A stretch of 62,515 nucleotides of DNA, the filler included, from Choristocarpus tenellus KU-1152 (Eukaryota; Protista; Phaeophyceae): NCBI GenBank assembly GCA_964200185.2. It is 12 parts of 12 records of this genome, joined end to end, with 100 filler letters (N's around TTAATTAATTAA, not from the genome) between each part and the next. Parts side by side here need not be neighbours in the genome. Positions count along the whole stretch, not along the records: positions 1 to 8,297 come from CAXNAD020004879.1; positions 8,398 to 12,447 come from CAXNAD020016476.1; 10 more parts are not named here. The stretch is one strand, 5' to 3'. The notes beneath the pieces are model-generated. The model searched no databases. It saw nothing but the letters and a program-made list of their open reading frames with translations, and had not been told where the DNA came from. Below, one piece after another: positions 1 to 11,919 of the stretch (within the stretch, counting starts at the first letter, position 1; every line of letters begins with the position of its first letter). Position numbers and translations under genes: made by a program.

Positions 1-333
1 GGAAACGGCAATGGTGGGGTTTTGTGTGAGATGGTAACGCTTGTTGCCTCTTTTGGTGGTTGCAAAGAAAACAAAAAAAACAATTTAGGGTCCTGAGTGG
101 CAAGGGGCATCACACATGTCTCTGATGGGCAACAAAAAGAAAACAATTGGCCTGATGTTCAACAACAACAAAAAAAAACTTGAACAGCAGACCACTGAAA
201 GAAATAATATTAATAGGGAGAGGAGGGGGGGGGGGGGGGGGGGAAGAGAGGATTATAGGAGAAATAGAGAGTTTTGTTCGCCCTCTCAAGCTTGTTCTCA
301 ANNNNNNNNNNACGAGAAGAGGAGAGGAAGAAA

Positions 334-378
<45 letters not shown>

Positions 379-414
379 GAGAGGTTCTCAGGATACATCG
401 AGATTCTTGCTGAC

Positions 415-525
415 CTTCTCAAGCTTGTTCTCAAGCTTCTTGTTAACGTACTCCTTGAGCGGCTCAGTCATGTCAACATTGTTTCCAGTGACAAGGATAG
501 TTGTCTTGGATGCACTCATCACCGC
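415..525 (-). CDS. PSRP1: Internal exon of a plastid ribosome hibernation factor (PSRP1/HPF, sigma54-modulation/S30EA family), probably nucleus-encoded and plastid-targeted
   Basis: The exon is bounded by a CAG acceptor (526-528) and a GTCAG donor. It encodes AVMSASKTTILVTGNNVDMTEPLKEYVNKKLENKLEK, which matches the HPF/PSRP1 N-terminal motif (I.VTG.N...T..L..YV..KL..L.K). The leading AVMSA resembles the end of a transit peptide. Other exons were not identified. Confidence 0.8.
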
Positions 526-3500
526 CTGGTTAAGAGGAGAAAGTGTGTCACCAATATATATATACAGAAGCGCAACACACAGAAGCACAGAATTGTAGGG
601 ACGGGGGCGGTAAAAGAAGGGGGTAAGGCTCATTCAGGCTCTTTTTTTAAGTTTTAAAAATAGAAAAATTGAATCTCGAATCAAGGCACCGTTTCAACAG
701 TACACAGAAGACCCTACCTACCATTAGAAGAAACGGCCTACCAAGCAGTGACAAGAAAAGAAAAAAAAAGGGGTCGAATCTTCGATAAAACATATCATTC
801 AAGAAAAATCAACCCTTATACTTCAAAAACGTTTTCACATTCTACATGTATTTGACCAAATCACTAGCGAATCAAAAAGGTTTAGTTAGTGAGTGAATAC
901 CATGGGATGGGTAAAATCTTTAAAAAAAAACTACTCCAATCGATTGGAATTAAATATTCTTCAAGAACAAAGTGCAGATTCAGCAGAACAAACGGGTTGC
1001 AAACACGCAACAAAAGAGCCATTCAAATCGAACCCCTCGACTTTCAAGATCGATTACCGTTGATCCAACTGAATCGGGGTACAATTAATTCACAGCACCA
1101 CAGTACATGTCTCAAAACTTGACATATCATAGAAATCGTGTCCGTAGTTTTCATTTTATATGCTGCCATACCTGTCACAAATTATACTCAAGATTCCACA
1201 CTATCCAACACATTGCTGTTGTATCACACCTAAAATAAAAAAATATATAGTAGTGTCCGTTACTAACACCGAAAAAAAGTCTTCACCACTGGCCTGGGGA
1301 CACCTGCCCCGTTGTAATGCCTTCCACATTGTCCATCTTGTAGATCCATCTCGAAACCCCAACTCCACAACAGCCATGACATCACACCACAATGTACACC
1401 ATATAACTAGTGATCCACTGTAACTACTACCTCCAACATGAATAAATGCATTACATATGCAGATATGTTTTTCTGCCAACCAAGAACCACAAGCACAAAA
1501 ACCACACAAAAAAAATTAACTTACTACGCAGCATATCATAATAAAAAAACATACAACTAGTCCAGGATACTAGAACATAGCAGCATCAAAAGCACAAACC
1601 AAACCAATGAGCTGCACTTCTTCCATAAAGATATCAACTTGTAGACCGCTTTCTTGAATACACAGTAACACATTCTCACCACTGAAATTCTGAAACTGCT
1701 CACTACTCTACCACCCCCCTCAATGGGCAAAGAATATCATCTCTCTATGGACAGCTGCATGTTTCTACCCTTTCCAAATCTAAGCACTGACATAACAAAA
1801 CACAACGACACGTACCTACGTACAAAATACAACAAGGTTCTTTCAGTTGGGGATTCCAAGAAGACAACCATGGAGAAAGGACAGGGATAAGACCCCTTAA
1901 AAAGACCCTTTCATGATCGATCAAAGCTACAGTTACTGCATAGTGGCAACAAAAACACACTTCAACCCCAACTCATCACAAAAAACAACTGAGCATACTT
2001 GTATAGATAGTATCTGTACCCTCACATCAGTAGTTCAGGAGGAGGTACATGTATGTTTACAAGGACCACACAAAGATGAACGCAGGGGGCTATTCGTCTG
2101 TTTTCTGAACTGAGACACAAATTTACACATTAATCTAAATGCATGGTATAGGCAGCTTCACCCCACAGGCAAGAGGCCCCAACTAGGTGGGAACTCCCAC
2201 AAGGAACAAAAAAAGAAAAAATATGGTGGACTGGGGACAAGACACCTTCCCCAGAAATATCTTTCCCTCTGTCGCAAACAAATCCTAACCATCTGCATTC
2301 CACACAATGCCAAAAAGTGTTCCCAGAGTTTTTTCCTTTCTCTCCCTCATGATGAATTTGTAGGGTGGTAACAGATTTTTTTTTAAGTTGCACAAACAAA
2401 AGAGGTCGTATAGAGAACTAAGAGTAAAACAAAACAAAGACATCCACGACAGCAGAAGTTCAACTTGGCCTCCTGCAAATTGATCCCAAAACAAAATGAG
2501 CGTAACAGTGGTTCGGATTATGTCTCATCTGTTTTCTTCCTTGCTTCCTGACTAGCATACAACAATCGTACACAGTACTTGCACACCCATTTGGAAACAC
2601 ATAGATGCTTCTGAAAGGGATTTCCTGGGGCCAGGTAGGCACTAAACTTTACAATGATGCATTACACGGGGAGAAGAGCAAAAAAAGGGTCAGCACAAAA
2701 ATCGATGCATTTAACCAATTACACTCCCTCTTGCGATCTTATGTATAGTGATGAGATATATATATACAAGTCTGGACAGTTACAATAAAGCTTCTCAGGG
2801 TACAACGGGTGGGGAGTTAGCTGAGACAGTCCAGCTTTTCCTGTCTGCATCGGTTGTCTATCGTGTTTTGGTACCTTCAAGGACTGGACGAGTTTGTGAC
2901 CCTCCCGGGGTCCGGAAACGAGAGCTCCCCATTCACCACTGACTCGCGAACGGGTCGGAAAAACCTTCGATGTTGCAAAATGGAAACCTGAGGATAGAGT
3001 GAAGGAAGTGGAATGGGTCATAACGAGTTGTTAGACGTTTTCGTCATTGACGCAGAATTTGAGGGGAAGGCCTTCGAGGATGAAGGGCCAACGTATTGTG
3101 TTTTCTACACCCTCAACTATGCAGAGATACATAGAGGGGGGCCTATGTGCGGATGGGATCCGGGCAATGAGAACAGGGTGAAGAGGGTTAATGGGGCCTA
3201 TTAGCATGGGCGATAGAACACAGCAAACGGGGAGCATGGGATGTCGACTAGCGAAAGAGAAAAAATGGAGATTACTCTAGATATAGCCCTGACGAAGGAT
3301 TGAAACTCTCCCTGGTTTAAAGAAAACATGGTTTCGGATTGATCTACTCTAAGCGTGAATGGATCAGATTGAAGCAAAGTGCTTGAAGAATAGGACGAGG
3401 TGACCAAAGAGAAGTTTGCAACTGTCGCAAAGAAAGATCACTCAAGTAGACAAGCGCAACACGTTTCAGTGTGCATCCGTGAGAGCTCGAAGGGAAGGAG

Positions 3501-4193
3501 GATGGAACCCAAAACTACCAGCCATTCTAACATAGACTAACTGCAACGATAGGCCCACAGGATCAATTTAGAACCGCTCTATCTTCTTGTCCGTCGCACA
3601 GGGTAATGCGTTTATTCTAGGTAGGACTTAAGGGAAGATGCCTGCAAGGAGCCCCGTATACTCACCCCGAGCGATGCCCACAGCGGAGAGTGCTACAGCA
3701 AGTATACATGCACTGCCCCCTTTCATGATCTATTTTGCGTTCTTTGGTAAATATCAATCTGAAAGACCAATCCAGAGTCTGCGCTGCGACTTGACCGCTC
3801 AACCAACCACGTCTTCACCCACGATTAGAAGCTTTGATTACTCAACAGTGATCTATCTCAGATCTTGATTCAGCTAAAGGGTCGTGTCCGGGTGGTTGCC
3901 TCAAGGCTTGACTGGTGTGCAAGATGAGTGGGGAACCATCACCTACTTCAATGCGGCGCGCGCTCATTCTCCGCGAGATTGTTCAACACTACTAGAAAAC
4001 ATTGAAACCACCATTCATCGTGAAGATTTTATCTTATTATCACAGTGATGAGACAACAATTGAAATATTATTGATATTCTCTGTATAGTCAAATTCGCAT
4101 GTGAAATATTGTCAATATTGTACAAATGATGGCCATCTTACACCTCATACGATTTGTACAACACTGCCAACTGAAACATGGGATATAATTGAC

Positions 4194-4451
4194 GAGTGAA
4201 AGTATCTTAGAGGGTACGAGTTTTGCCCTGTTTGTTCATTTAGGGCTTGGCTTCCCATGAGTTCTTTTATGACATTTTCATACTCCAAATTGTTTCAGAG
4301 TAGGTAAAATGTACACGTTATGAAAAGGTGTGTCCGAAACAAGGATGTTGACACATACTAACAAAAACAAAGCCAAAATTACATCAAAATCACAACATTG
4401 GATTTTGGTCCCCAAATGGACGCGGCCCTACCCTCTAAGATACTTTGATTC
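4194..4451. mobile_element. MITE family A, full copy (Sola2-like non-autonomous DNA transposon)
   Basis: Terminal inverted repeats GAGTGAAAGTATCTTAGAGGGTA / TACCCTCTAAGATACTTTGATTC, with a perfect 4-bp target duplication TGAC on both sides. Three more copies occur in the window. The superfamily is inferred from the GAG..(C)TC ends plus the 4-bp TSD. Confidence 0.88.
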
Positions 4452-5068
4452 TGACGCCAAAGGAAAGAACCTTCAGCAGTAGGATTGATAAACAGATCGG
4501 ATGGATCGAATAAGACATGGGCTGGAGCATTGATGCGTTTTTTGGGTACTTCAGAGACAAAGAAGGGAAATTGTGCTTTCAACCACAACAATATATTAAG
4601 GGTATCATCAATATATTCCCACATTTGTTTTTTAGGTCGTCCTGGAATTCAATTGAAGGTAACCTCCATCATCCATGCTCTTGACATACCATGGCAGGGA
4701 AGACGTTTTGCTCAGAGAACAGAGCAAATATTTTCAACAGTTTTGACATCTTGCTTCCCCGTAAGTCCATTATTTTTTCCAGATTGTTTCATTGAGTTCA
4801 TATATCGCATTGTGTGTTTGTCCGAGGTAACAAGGTAGGCACTATTTAGAATAAAATTGGACCTGTACAGTACTACCACAAAGCCTTCGCAAGGTGAGAG
4901 TTACCGATCAGACACTTTACAGTAAGAGAGGCATTGGAGGCAACCATACGGGCACACAGTGGTACGGAAACAGGACTGAAGAAGAAGCAAGCAGTAAGAA
5001 AAACTCTTGTGTGGGAAATGCTGTTGAGAGGGTGGACTGAGTGAGGAAAGAGTATTGTGGTGGGGTTG

Positions 5069-5248
5069 GGCTCAAAGTATGTGGGGGGGTGGCGGCTGTC
5101 CATTTGGGATCAATTTTTCCCGTGTCGCAAATTTTGGGTGATTTGGTTGCATTGGTCGGATGGAATATGTAAGTGCACTTCTCCTGGTTATATCCCAAAT
5201 GGGCACCCTAGTGTAGACCCCCCCCCTCCCCCCCAGATACCTTGGGTC
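5069..5248. mobile_element. MITE family B, full copy
   Basis: TIRs GGCTCAAAGTAT(G)TGGGGGG / CCCCCAGATACCTTGGGTC. The internal sequence is shared with copies at 8408-8587, 29293-29362 and 45785-45955. Confidence 0.85.
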
Positions 5249-5380
5249 TTGAAATTTACCGTCATCCTCTCGAAATGTTCGCCACTAGTAACAGCTTGGT
5301 ACATCCCAACATTTGCTTAACACGGTGCTGATATTGCCTCTTTTAACGACCAACACCAGCTACACCTTAGTCTCCACAAA

Positions 5381-5845
5381 ATGGCAAACAGGGTAGAAGT
5401 CAGATTCAGAGCGTCCAAGATTGACCAAAGGAGTCAAGGGGCAGTGATTGCCCGCACTACAGAGATATAGGTTAAACAGAAAAGAAGGATATAACGGGCA
5501 GGGTAAGGGAGGGAGGAGCTGTGGAAACATTCAACAAGCTCATGCTTAATGATGAAAACTTACAACTAAACAGTCCAATCATGGCGTATAGGGATAGAGA
5601 CAGGGTTAAAGTGTGGATGAGAGAGCAAGCCACCATAGCCCTCAGACCATGCGAACTGGAGCCAAATGAATATGATACTCTCAGGAAGGTTAGGAAGGGC
5701 AACCCAGTAAACAATGGTAGATGTAGGGAGGGTTAGCATACTCCAAGCAGGTCAATGGAAATCGGATTTTTTCAAAGTGTGCATTAGAAAGAAAAGAGAA
5801 GAAGCAGAACCATGGCTAGGGGATATGGTCAGCCAAGCCACCACG
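5381..5845 (+). mobile_element. Degenerate tyrosine recombinase of a DIRS/Ngaro-type (YR) retrotransposon
   Basis: Frameshifted pieces read ANRVEVRFRASKIDQRSQGAVIAR, GGAVETF..L....SPIMAY..VWMREQATIALR, a reconstructable HSGRLGGAT (catalytic HxxR box) and ILQAGQWKSDFFKVCIR (the GRWxS..F..Y box). Stops and frameshifts occur throughout. Confidence 0.75.
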
Positions 5846-6488
5846 GAAACGTCAGCCCTGTTGAGCAGAGTCACTACATCCTCCCTAATCCTACTTCAGT
5901 GTTGAAGATGGTCGGAAGTGTGGTAATATCTGGTAGTGAGTAGCACAAGGAAGTTTGTGAAGTAGTAATGCTCAATTCCTGCAAAGAAATTTTTCCCAGT
6001 TTTTCGCACGCGGAAAGGGGCCTCATTTCACTGGGAAAATTAAGTGTGGGCAGAGGGGCAAACTGTAAACGACTGCTAACAAACATCAGTCACTAAGGGT
6101 ACGGAATGCAATACTTTAATATCCCCAAGGCATACTCACCTACCCATATGTTACAGTCGAATAGCGCAAGTATTTCTTCCCGCGCAATAACCAGTGCGAG
6201 CAGTGTATGCACATGTGGAACCCCAGAAGGGGGAACCCCGATTTGCTAAAAGTTGCAGAGTAAGGTCTACAGCTTAGGAATATATGCAGCGGTTCTCAGA
6301 TGCATTTCAATGTCTGTAAACTGAAATAAAATTAAATGTTAAATGATGACAAGAGGCCCCAAACGACTCAGGTCTCCAAAATGACTCACTCTTAACTGAT
6401 ACCAATTCTCATATGCATGCTTATTGGCTTATAAGAGTAGACTTATCTGCTGACCTGATATTCATCATCCTCGTTGGACCTTCTGACT

Positions 6489-6743
6489 GAATAAAGTATC
6501 TTAGAGGGTAGGAGTTTTTCCCTGTTTGTCCATTTGGGGCTTGGCTTCCCACTTTTTTTAATATCATATTACCTGCTCCGAAATGTTTCAAAGTAGGTAA
6601 AATGTATGTTATGAAAAGGTGTGTCTGGAACAAGGATATTGACACTTCCTATCAAACACGATAGCCAAAATTACATCAAAGGTTCAACATTTGACTTTGA
6701 CCGCCAAATGGACGCGGCTCCGCTCTCCAAGAGACTTTGACTC
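6489..6743. mobile_element. MITE family A copy
   Basis: Colinear with 4194-4451. Ends are AAAGTATCTTAGAGGGTA / AAGAGACTTTGACTC, with ACTG on both flanks. Confidence 0.85.
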
Positions 6744-8297
6744 ACTGTCGGAGTATCCCAGGAGTCCTGTACAAGCATCAGCATCATCTATAGGCCTGTG
6801 GATCGGAGCTATACATCCCGTGGAGGTGAGCTTTGGAGCCGTGCTGTAACATATATGGCACTGGATACAAACAAGGGCAAGTACTTGTAGACTATGTACT
6901 CCGAGTACACAGTTAATCTGTCATCTGTGGGTAACAATTCTGGCAAAGTGAAGAGATCGCGTAGGTTGCTATTTATGCAATTGAGGGCATGGTGGCGACT
7001 ACACAAAGGCAGGTACTTAGTATGACAATAACATAGGTATGTACTATGATCACAGTCAATTGTCACCGGTTGCAATTACTAATGTTTCGAAGTACTAGTA
7101 CTAAAATAATTTTAAATATCATTCACATTAGTCTGAGGGTCCCAGGCTCGTGTTCGAAAGTTAGTCAGAAGAAGGCAATACACACTCCTTGACCATACAG
7201 GCACATAAAAGAGGAAAAGGAGATGAGGTGAAAAAAAAAAGGAGGAAAAAGAAAGGACAAAGGAACTAGTTCTGGTGTATCTCTACAAGGGTGACGAAGA
7301 GAACCCAGGTAAAATGCACTATAATCAACAAAACCCACAAAATGTTAGCCAGGGCAGTTCCATAAACGCTGAAAAAACATCCCTTATCACATGTCACACG
7401 AAGGGGAAAAAAAGGAAAGGACAGAGAGGAACGCATCAAAATCACCACAAAGAAGAGAAATGCAATGAAACGGGAGTTTGACATTCTCTAGATACATGTA
7501 AATAGATCTAAAAGCTCATTTTGACATTTTTCACAACTTACACAACGTGGGGCGAACAAGTAGTGAACTTTTCCCAAGTCATACTCACAGAAATTGAACA
7601 GTACAACATGTTCTAAACAGGGCTAGGTCAAGGCCTGGTTTGGTTTACTTGATGGCCCTGGTCTGGTCCAATTAAGACATATTTTACCTGAGCTGGTTCA
7701 CAACGCAACGCGATATGTTACAGGCGAATAGCGCGAGCGTTTCTTCTTGTATTGATTGTATTCAACGAAGTGCAAGCATCTGTTACACGCGGATAGCGCG
7801 AGCATTTTATCCTCATGTTTCAGGATGTACGAGCATTTATGACAGATGTATAGTGCGAAGATTGTTTCTCGCGTTCTAACAAGTACGAAATATATACGAT
7901 ATTAGTAACACATAGGTAGCCTTACTGGATAAATTATTATTTTGAGAAGATACAGAGTAAGATTCGGAATACCTACGTAACATTACAGAGGAAAATGTCA
8001 AAGTCACCAAGAAGTTCAAGAATAGAGGATTATGATTGGAGTGCCTATAGAGTAGTTGATAGAAGACCGACGAAATTGGGTGGATGATGAAAATAAGAAG
8101 GGAGCTTCTTAGTGGTAACACACTTTTATACCTCGCTTATGCCCCAGTCCTTTTTATCTTTTGAACGAAACATTGAGTCAAGCTTTGAGCTAAGCAATGA
8201 GTGGAGTGTCAAGAGAAAGGGCTATCTGCTACAAACCGTTGTAAAAGGCAACGCCCTCGTAGCGTCGTTTTAAGGTCGTTGGATTTGAGTTGTACAT

Positions 8298-8397
8298 NNN
8301 NNNNNNNNNNNNNNNNNNNNNNNNNNNNNNNNNNNNNNNNNTTAATTAATTAANNNNNNNNNNNNNNNNNNNNNNNNNNNNNNNNNNNNNNNNNNNN
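8298..8397. other. Artificial contig-joining spacer (one of 11)
   Basis: 44 N + TTAATTAATTAA (stops in all six frames) + 44 N. Identical spacers lie at 12448-12547, 16347-16446, 20453-20552, 26266-26365, 29363-29462, 32453-32552, 36938-37037, 45956-46055, 50314-50413 and 53601-53700. Confidence 0.98.
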
Positions 8398-8407
8398 TTC
8401 CAGAGCA

Positions 8408-8633
8408 CACCCAAATTATTTGGGTGGGGCGGGGCGGTGTCTACACCAGAGTGTCCATTTGGACCAAGACCAGGAAAAGTGCACTTTCTTTATCCATCCA
8501 ACACATTGAACCAAAACACCCAAATTCGTGACATGAAAAAAATGCCCCCAAATGGACAGCCGCCATCCCCCCCAGATACTTTGAGCCAGGTTCAAAACGG
8601 ATGCCGGCACCCGTCCCCCAGATACTTTGACGC
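8408..8633 (-). mobile_element. Composite MITE: inverted family B copy plus a 44-bp terminus of related family C, in an intron of the MLKL-like gene
   Basis: The family B body (8408-8587) is followed by a second terminus CCGGCACCCGTCCCCCAGATACTTTGACGC (8590-8633) that matches the left end of the element at 28089. The 4-bp duplication AGCA flanks the whole composite (8404-8407 and 8634-8637). Confidence 0.8.
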
Positions 8634-8923
8634 AGCATACACATCACAACGACGTCTCGACCTGATCACCTCAAGGACACAAATCAAGGCATAGATGAAG
8701 AGAACACCAGGACAAACAAATACAATTTTACGCAAAGAGTAAATTGATTGGTACTATTCGAAGAGGACACTACAGAAAATCTTACGAAGCTAGTATTAGC
8801 TAATAACACACCCAAAGCTACAGAGATACCAAATGATGCTTATGCAAATGCAAAAAGTTCGGAATACTCTATTCAACCAATGTTGGACTTTATGGCAGAA
8901 CAAAGTAAGACTGGCGCTCTCAC

Positions 8924-11730
8924 CTTTGCCTTCATTCTACCGTCCAGAAGGATGCTGTATGTTGTCAAGCCCCGGTGAGCCAGTCCCCGTGCGTGAAGAA
9001 ACTTCATGCCTTTGGCAACATCCTCAATGATCGTCTTAGACGTTGTATCAAGTGGCAGCCCACCCACTTTTCGGTCTTGTAGTTGCGCACGCAATCTCCC
9101 TCCCTCCATGTACTCCGTCACCATCACCAGCTTCTCAGGAAGTCTAGACGAAATGATCCCGTATAAAAATACGACGTTGGGCGATGCGGCTTTGCTCAAG
9201 CGCTCCACCTCATCAATGACGGTCCTGCGAAATTCTTCAGCAGAATCACCATCCCCATCGGCTTCAGAATACAGCAGGTCAAACGTCTTCGCCACAGCCT
9301 TGATAGAGCAATACTTCACCAGCTCCAACTTGGACAAACGACGCACGTCTTCGTTCAGCCTCTCCACGAAGATGACATGAGCCTCATCGATCTCAGTAAT
9401 TTTAAGCTTCTCTACCCTCTTTACCAATTTTTTTCTTCTACTACTATCCGTTATTTTCTCCTCGGAGGGCAATGGCAGCTCCTCATCCTTCAACACCTTA
9501 TCACATATGTCCCCTAACATATCACCCATTTCTTTCTGCCGCTTGTTGGCATGAGCACTCTGTCGGAGCGAAAAGGCATACAGAGCGCTCTGTACGCCGT
9601 CCAATGAAAGGGAGCAGTTGTCCATCAGCAGAAGGCACATATGTAGCAGCAGTCAAGAGAGTAGTGAGGGAACTATGCAAAAGGCAACATTCTGACCAAT
9701 AGAAAACATTCTGTATCAAAAACAAGCCAATAACGTATCTTTTGGCAAGCAACCTGCCCAACCCCAAAAATAATTTGAATATCTTGATGTAATTTGGCAA
9801 AAACAAGCAAGTTCAACCACTACTAATTACTAAGGGCTGAAAAGCCTGTACACAATATGCGGAATCCTACCCTTTTGTCAACCCAAGCAGAACATGCCTG
9901 ACCTGGTGATTGGGCAATCTTTCTCAGTTCATCAATTCAGTGGAGGGTTTGGTGCTCACTTGCATTGTCTCCTGTGTTGTGTTTATGTCTCTGATAGCCT
10001 GATCACTTTTTTTTGTCCATTTTTTAGATGCAAAAAACCTTGAAAATTGGTTCATACCACAGTACCACTTAACCACCTACACAGGTAAGAAGATTAAGAG
10101 GGGCATGGGATCTCATGGGTGCATCCTGCCAATTTGGACATAACTTCAAGCAAAGTCGGACTTTGTTCTGTATATGTGCATGTATTCTACACAAATATAT
10201 GTGTGCTCATATTAATAGTAGGTGACCAAGCGTAATGGTAGATTGATCCTGAGTAATGCTATTGTCCAAACATACCTTCTGCAAGAACACAGTATGAAAC
10301 AGTTGTACATGGCACTGCAGAAGAAGCCTAGCACCCTGTAACACAGCCTTTGAAATAATAAAATACTCCAACAGTACACTATAGGGACTCTTCTACTGTC
10401 AATATCTAGAAAAGCTCTCAGCTCCACTATACAAACACATAATGTCAAATAGGCAGGGCTTCCAAGGCAAGCCATCCTATCTTAGAGGGGTGGTCGTTGG
10501 GTATTGGGGTTCCTGCAAATGGCGCTCTGTTGCATGTTCTTCTAGCTCCCTGGACGGCAATTTCGCGAATATTTTGTGGACAAAACTTCGTCCTTCTTTC
10601 TACATCCACAGCCTCCTAATGTTGGCCAGCTGCACTTCGGTGTCAAGCAAAAGGTTGAAAAAACCCAAATGCTTCAAAGAGCCTAGCACAGCCCCCCTCT
10701 GATATTGGACGGTCAAACCCTAGGCGAGAAAAAGCAATAACTCTTCCCTGTCCAAGTCCAGACATGCTCAAGGCCTTACTGGGTCCGCATAAAAATCGAA
10801 TGTCTCTAAAACATATCACATCCAAGTACCACAACCAGAGCTCATGTAATGCAGTGATGTACAGTAGACTCGACTACGGTTAGAGTGATCGCATACACGT
10901 AAAAGACAGTAAAAACGCGACAGAATCACTCACCTTGTTTGCCGAATCTAGTGCTTCTTCCAGGGGCCTCATAGCACCTGTTAGGTTCTCGTGCTCCTCC
11001 TCAGCTTCCTGCGAAAAGTTCATCAGATGCGGTAAAGTTTCACGTCGAAGCGTACTGAACAAAATATAAGGAATACATAGACGTCGAACGTCCAACTGGC
11101 ACTACCTAAGAATATGGCTTGCATGATTTCGAGTCTATAACTTATCTAATAGTCTTAGCCTCAGCGTATGACTCAACCATCATGCACACAGCGTAGGACG
11201 TTAACTTGAGGAAGAATAAAAGTTGGCCTGGATTTGGTATCGCACACAGAATTCAATTTTTCTCCACATATTCGAGGCTCTATCAAAAGCAGAAATGGAG
11301 TAGCACTTCTGCACACGCTAATTACAACACCACAAGAAGGGTCCAGAGACGCCTAATTCGATTAATAGAATACTAATGGAGTGAGAACCTAAGTCTTTGA
11401 AAAATATAGTTCCAACACCAGGCCACCATCAGTTGAATTTGGAGTCACGAATGATCGTACAACATAGCCCACCTTGTCCAGTATTTCCTTAATTTCTTGT
11501 ATGGTACCAAGCAATGATTTCACCGTATTACGGATGATCTTCACACCGACTTGGCTTCCCTGGTAGGCATCCGCATATTGGAAAAGCTCTCGCACAACTT
11601 TTCCAATATTCTCAATGATAGGTAACCCCGACTCGGCCAGCAAATTAACCACCGTGTCAACTCCCTCCTCTGTAACTTCTCTTGCAACTTCTACCCATGT
11701 TTGGGTTGGATGAGACGGAGATTCTGTCAT
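8924..11730 (-). CDS. MLKL-like protein: N-terminal four-helix-bundle (MLKL_NTD/HeLo-like) domain, brace, and TKL-type pseudokinase; 3' end missing (contig ends)
   Basis: Four GT-AG exons, all phase 0: 11473-11730 (ATG), 10934-11008, 9960-10076, 8924-9589, giving 372 aa with no stops. The N-terminus includes ENLTGAMRPLEEALDSANKVVKWYCGMNQFSRFFAS. The kinase has AVAK, an alphaC Glu, SPNVVFLYG and VTEYMEGG, but no Gly-rich loop, and HRGLTTYS replaces HRDLKxxN. Confidence 0.85.
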
Positions 11731-11919
11731 GAAGAGTGTCTTGTTCGATGTACACCACTCTGTCCTTGGAATGAAGTCTTGAAGAGCAGATTTTTCTTGT
11801 GTGAGAACCATCCAGGAAAGGGCTAATATGGTATGAACTACTGTACTTGTTTTTTCCTTATTGCAAGAAGTGTGTGGATATAATAGAGGTATAAGAGAAA
11901 ACGGGATATAAGAGAGGGT

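Noticed and set aside
285-374. Partial duplicate of the PSRP1 exon sequence beside a small N gap, plus poly-G ORFs
   Set aside because: This is probably local misassembly around homopolymers. The Gly- or Pro-rich ORFs here and at 15337-15768 are artefacts of G/A runs.
3013-3420. Possible very old LINE RT remnant (..WFKENMVSD*STLSVNGSD..)
   Set aside because: The resemblance is too weak to call without a profile search.
4450-4900. CLPCYLGQT on the minus strand, suggesting a Penelope-type GIY-YIG endonuclease
   Set aside because: It is a single short motif amid stops, with no supporting RT.
8342-8353. Recurrent TTAATTAATTAA motif flanked by Ns, which could look like a regularly interspaced repeat
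   Set aside because: It is a synthetic six-frame stop linker used to concatenate contigs.
8634-8700. RRCDVYA(LE) on the minus strand, interrupted by the MITE, resembling kinase subdomain IX of the MLKL-like gene
   Set aside because: No DFG/APE-equivalent segment or convincing exon precedes it, so it is probably intronic coincidence.
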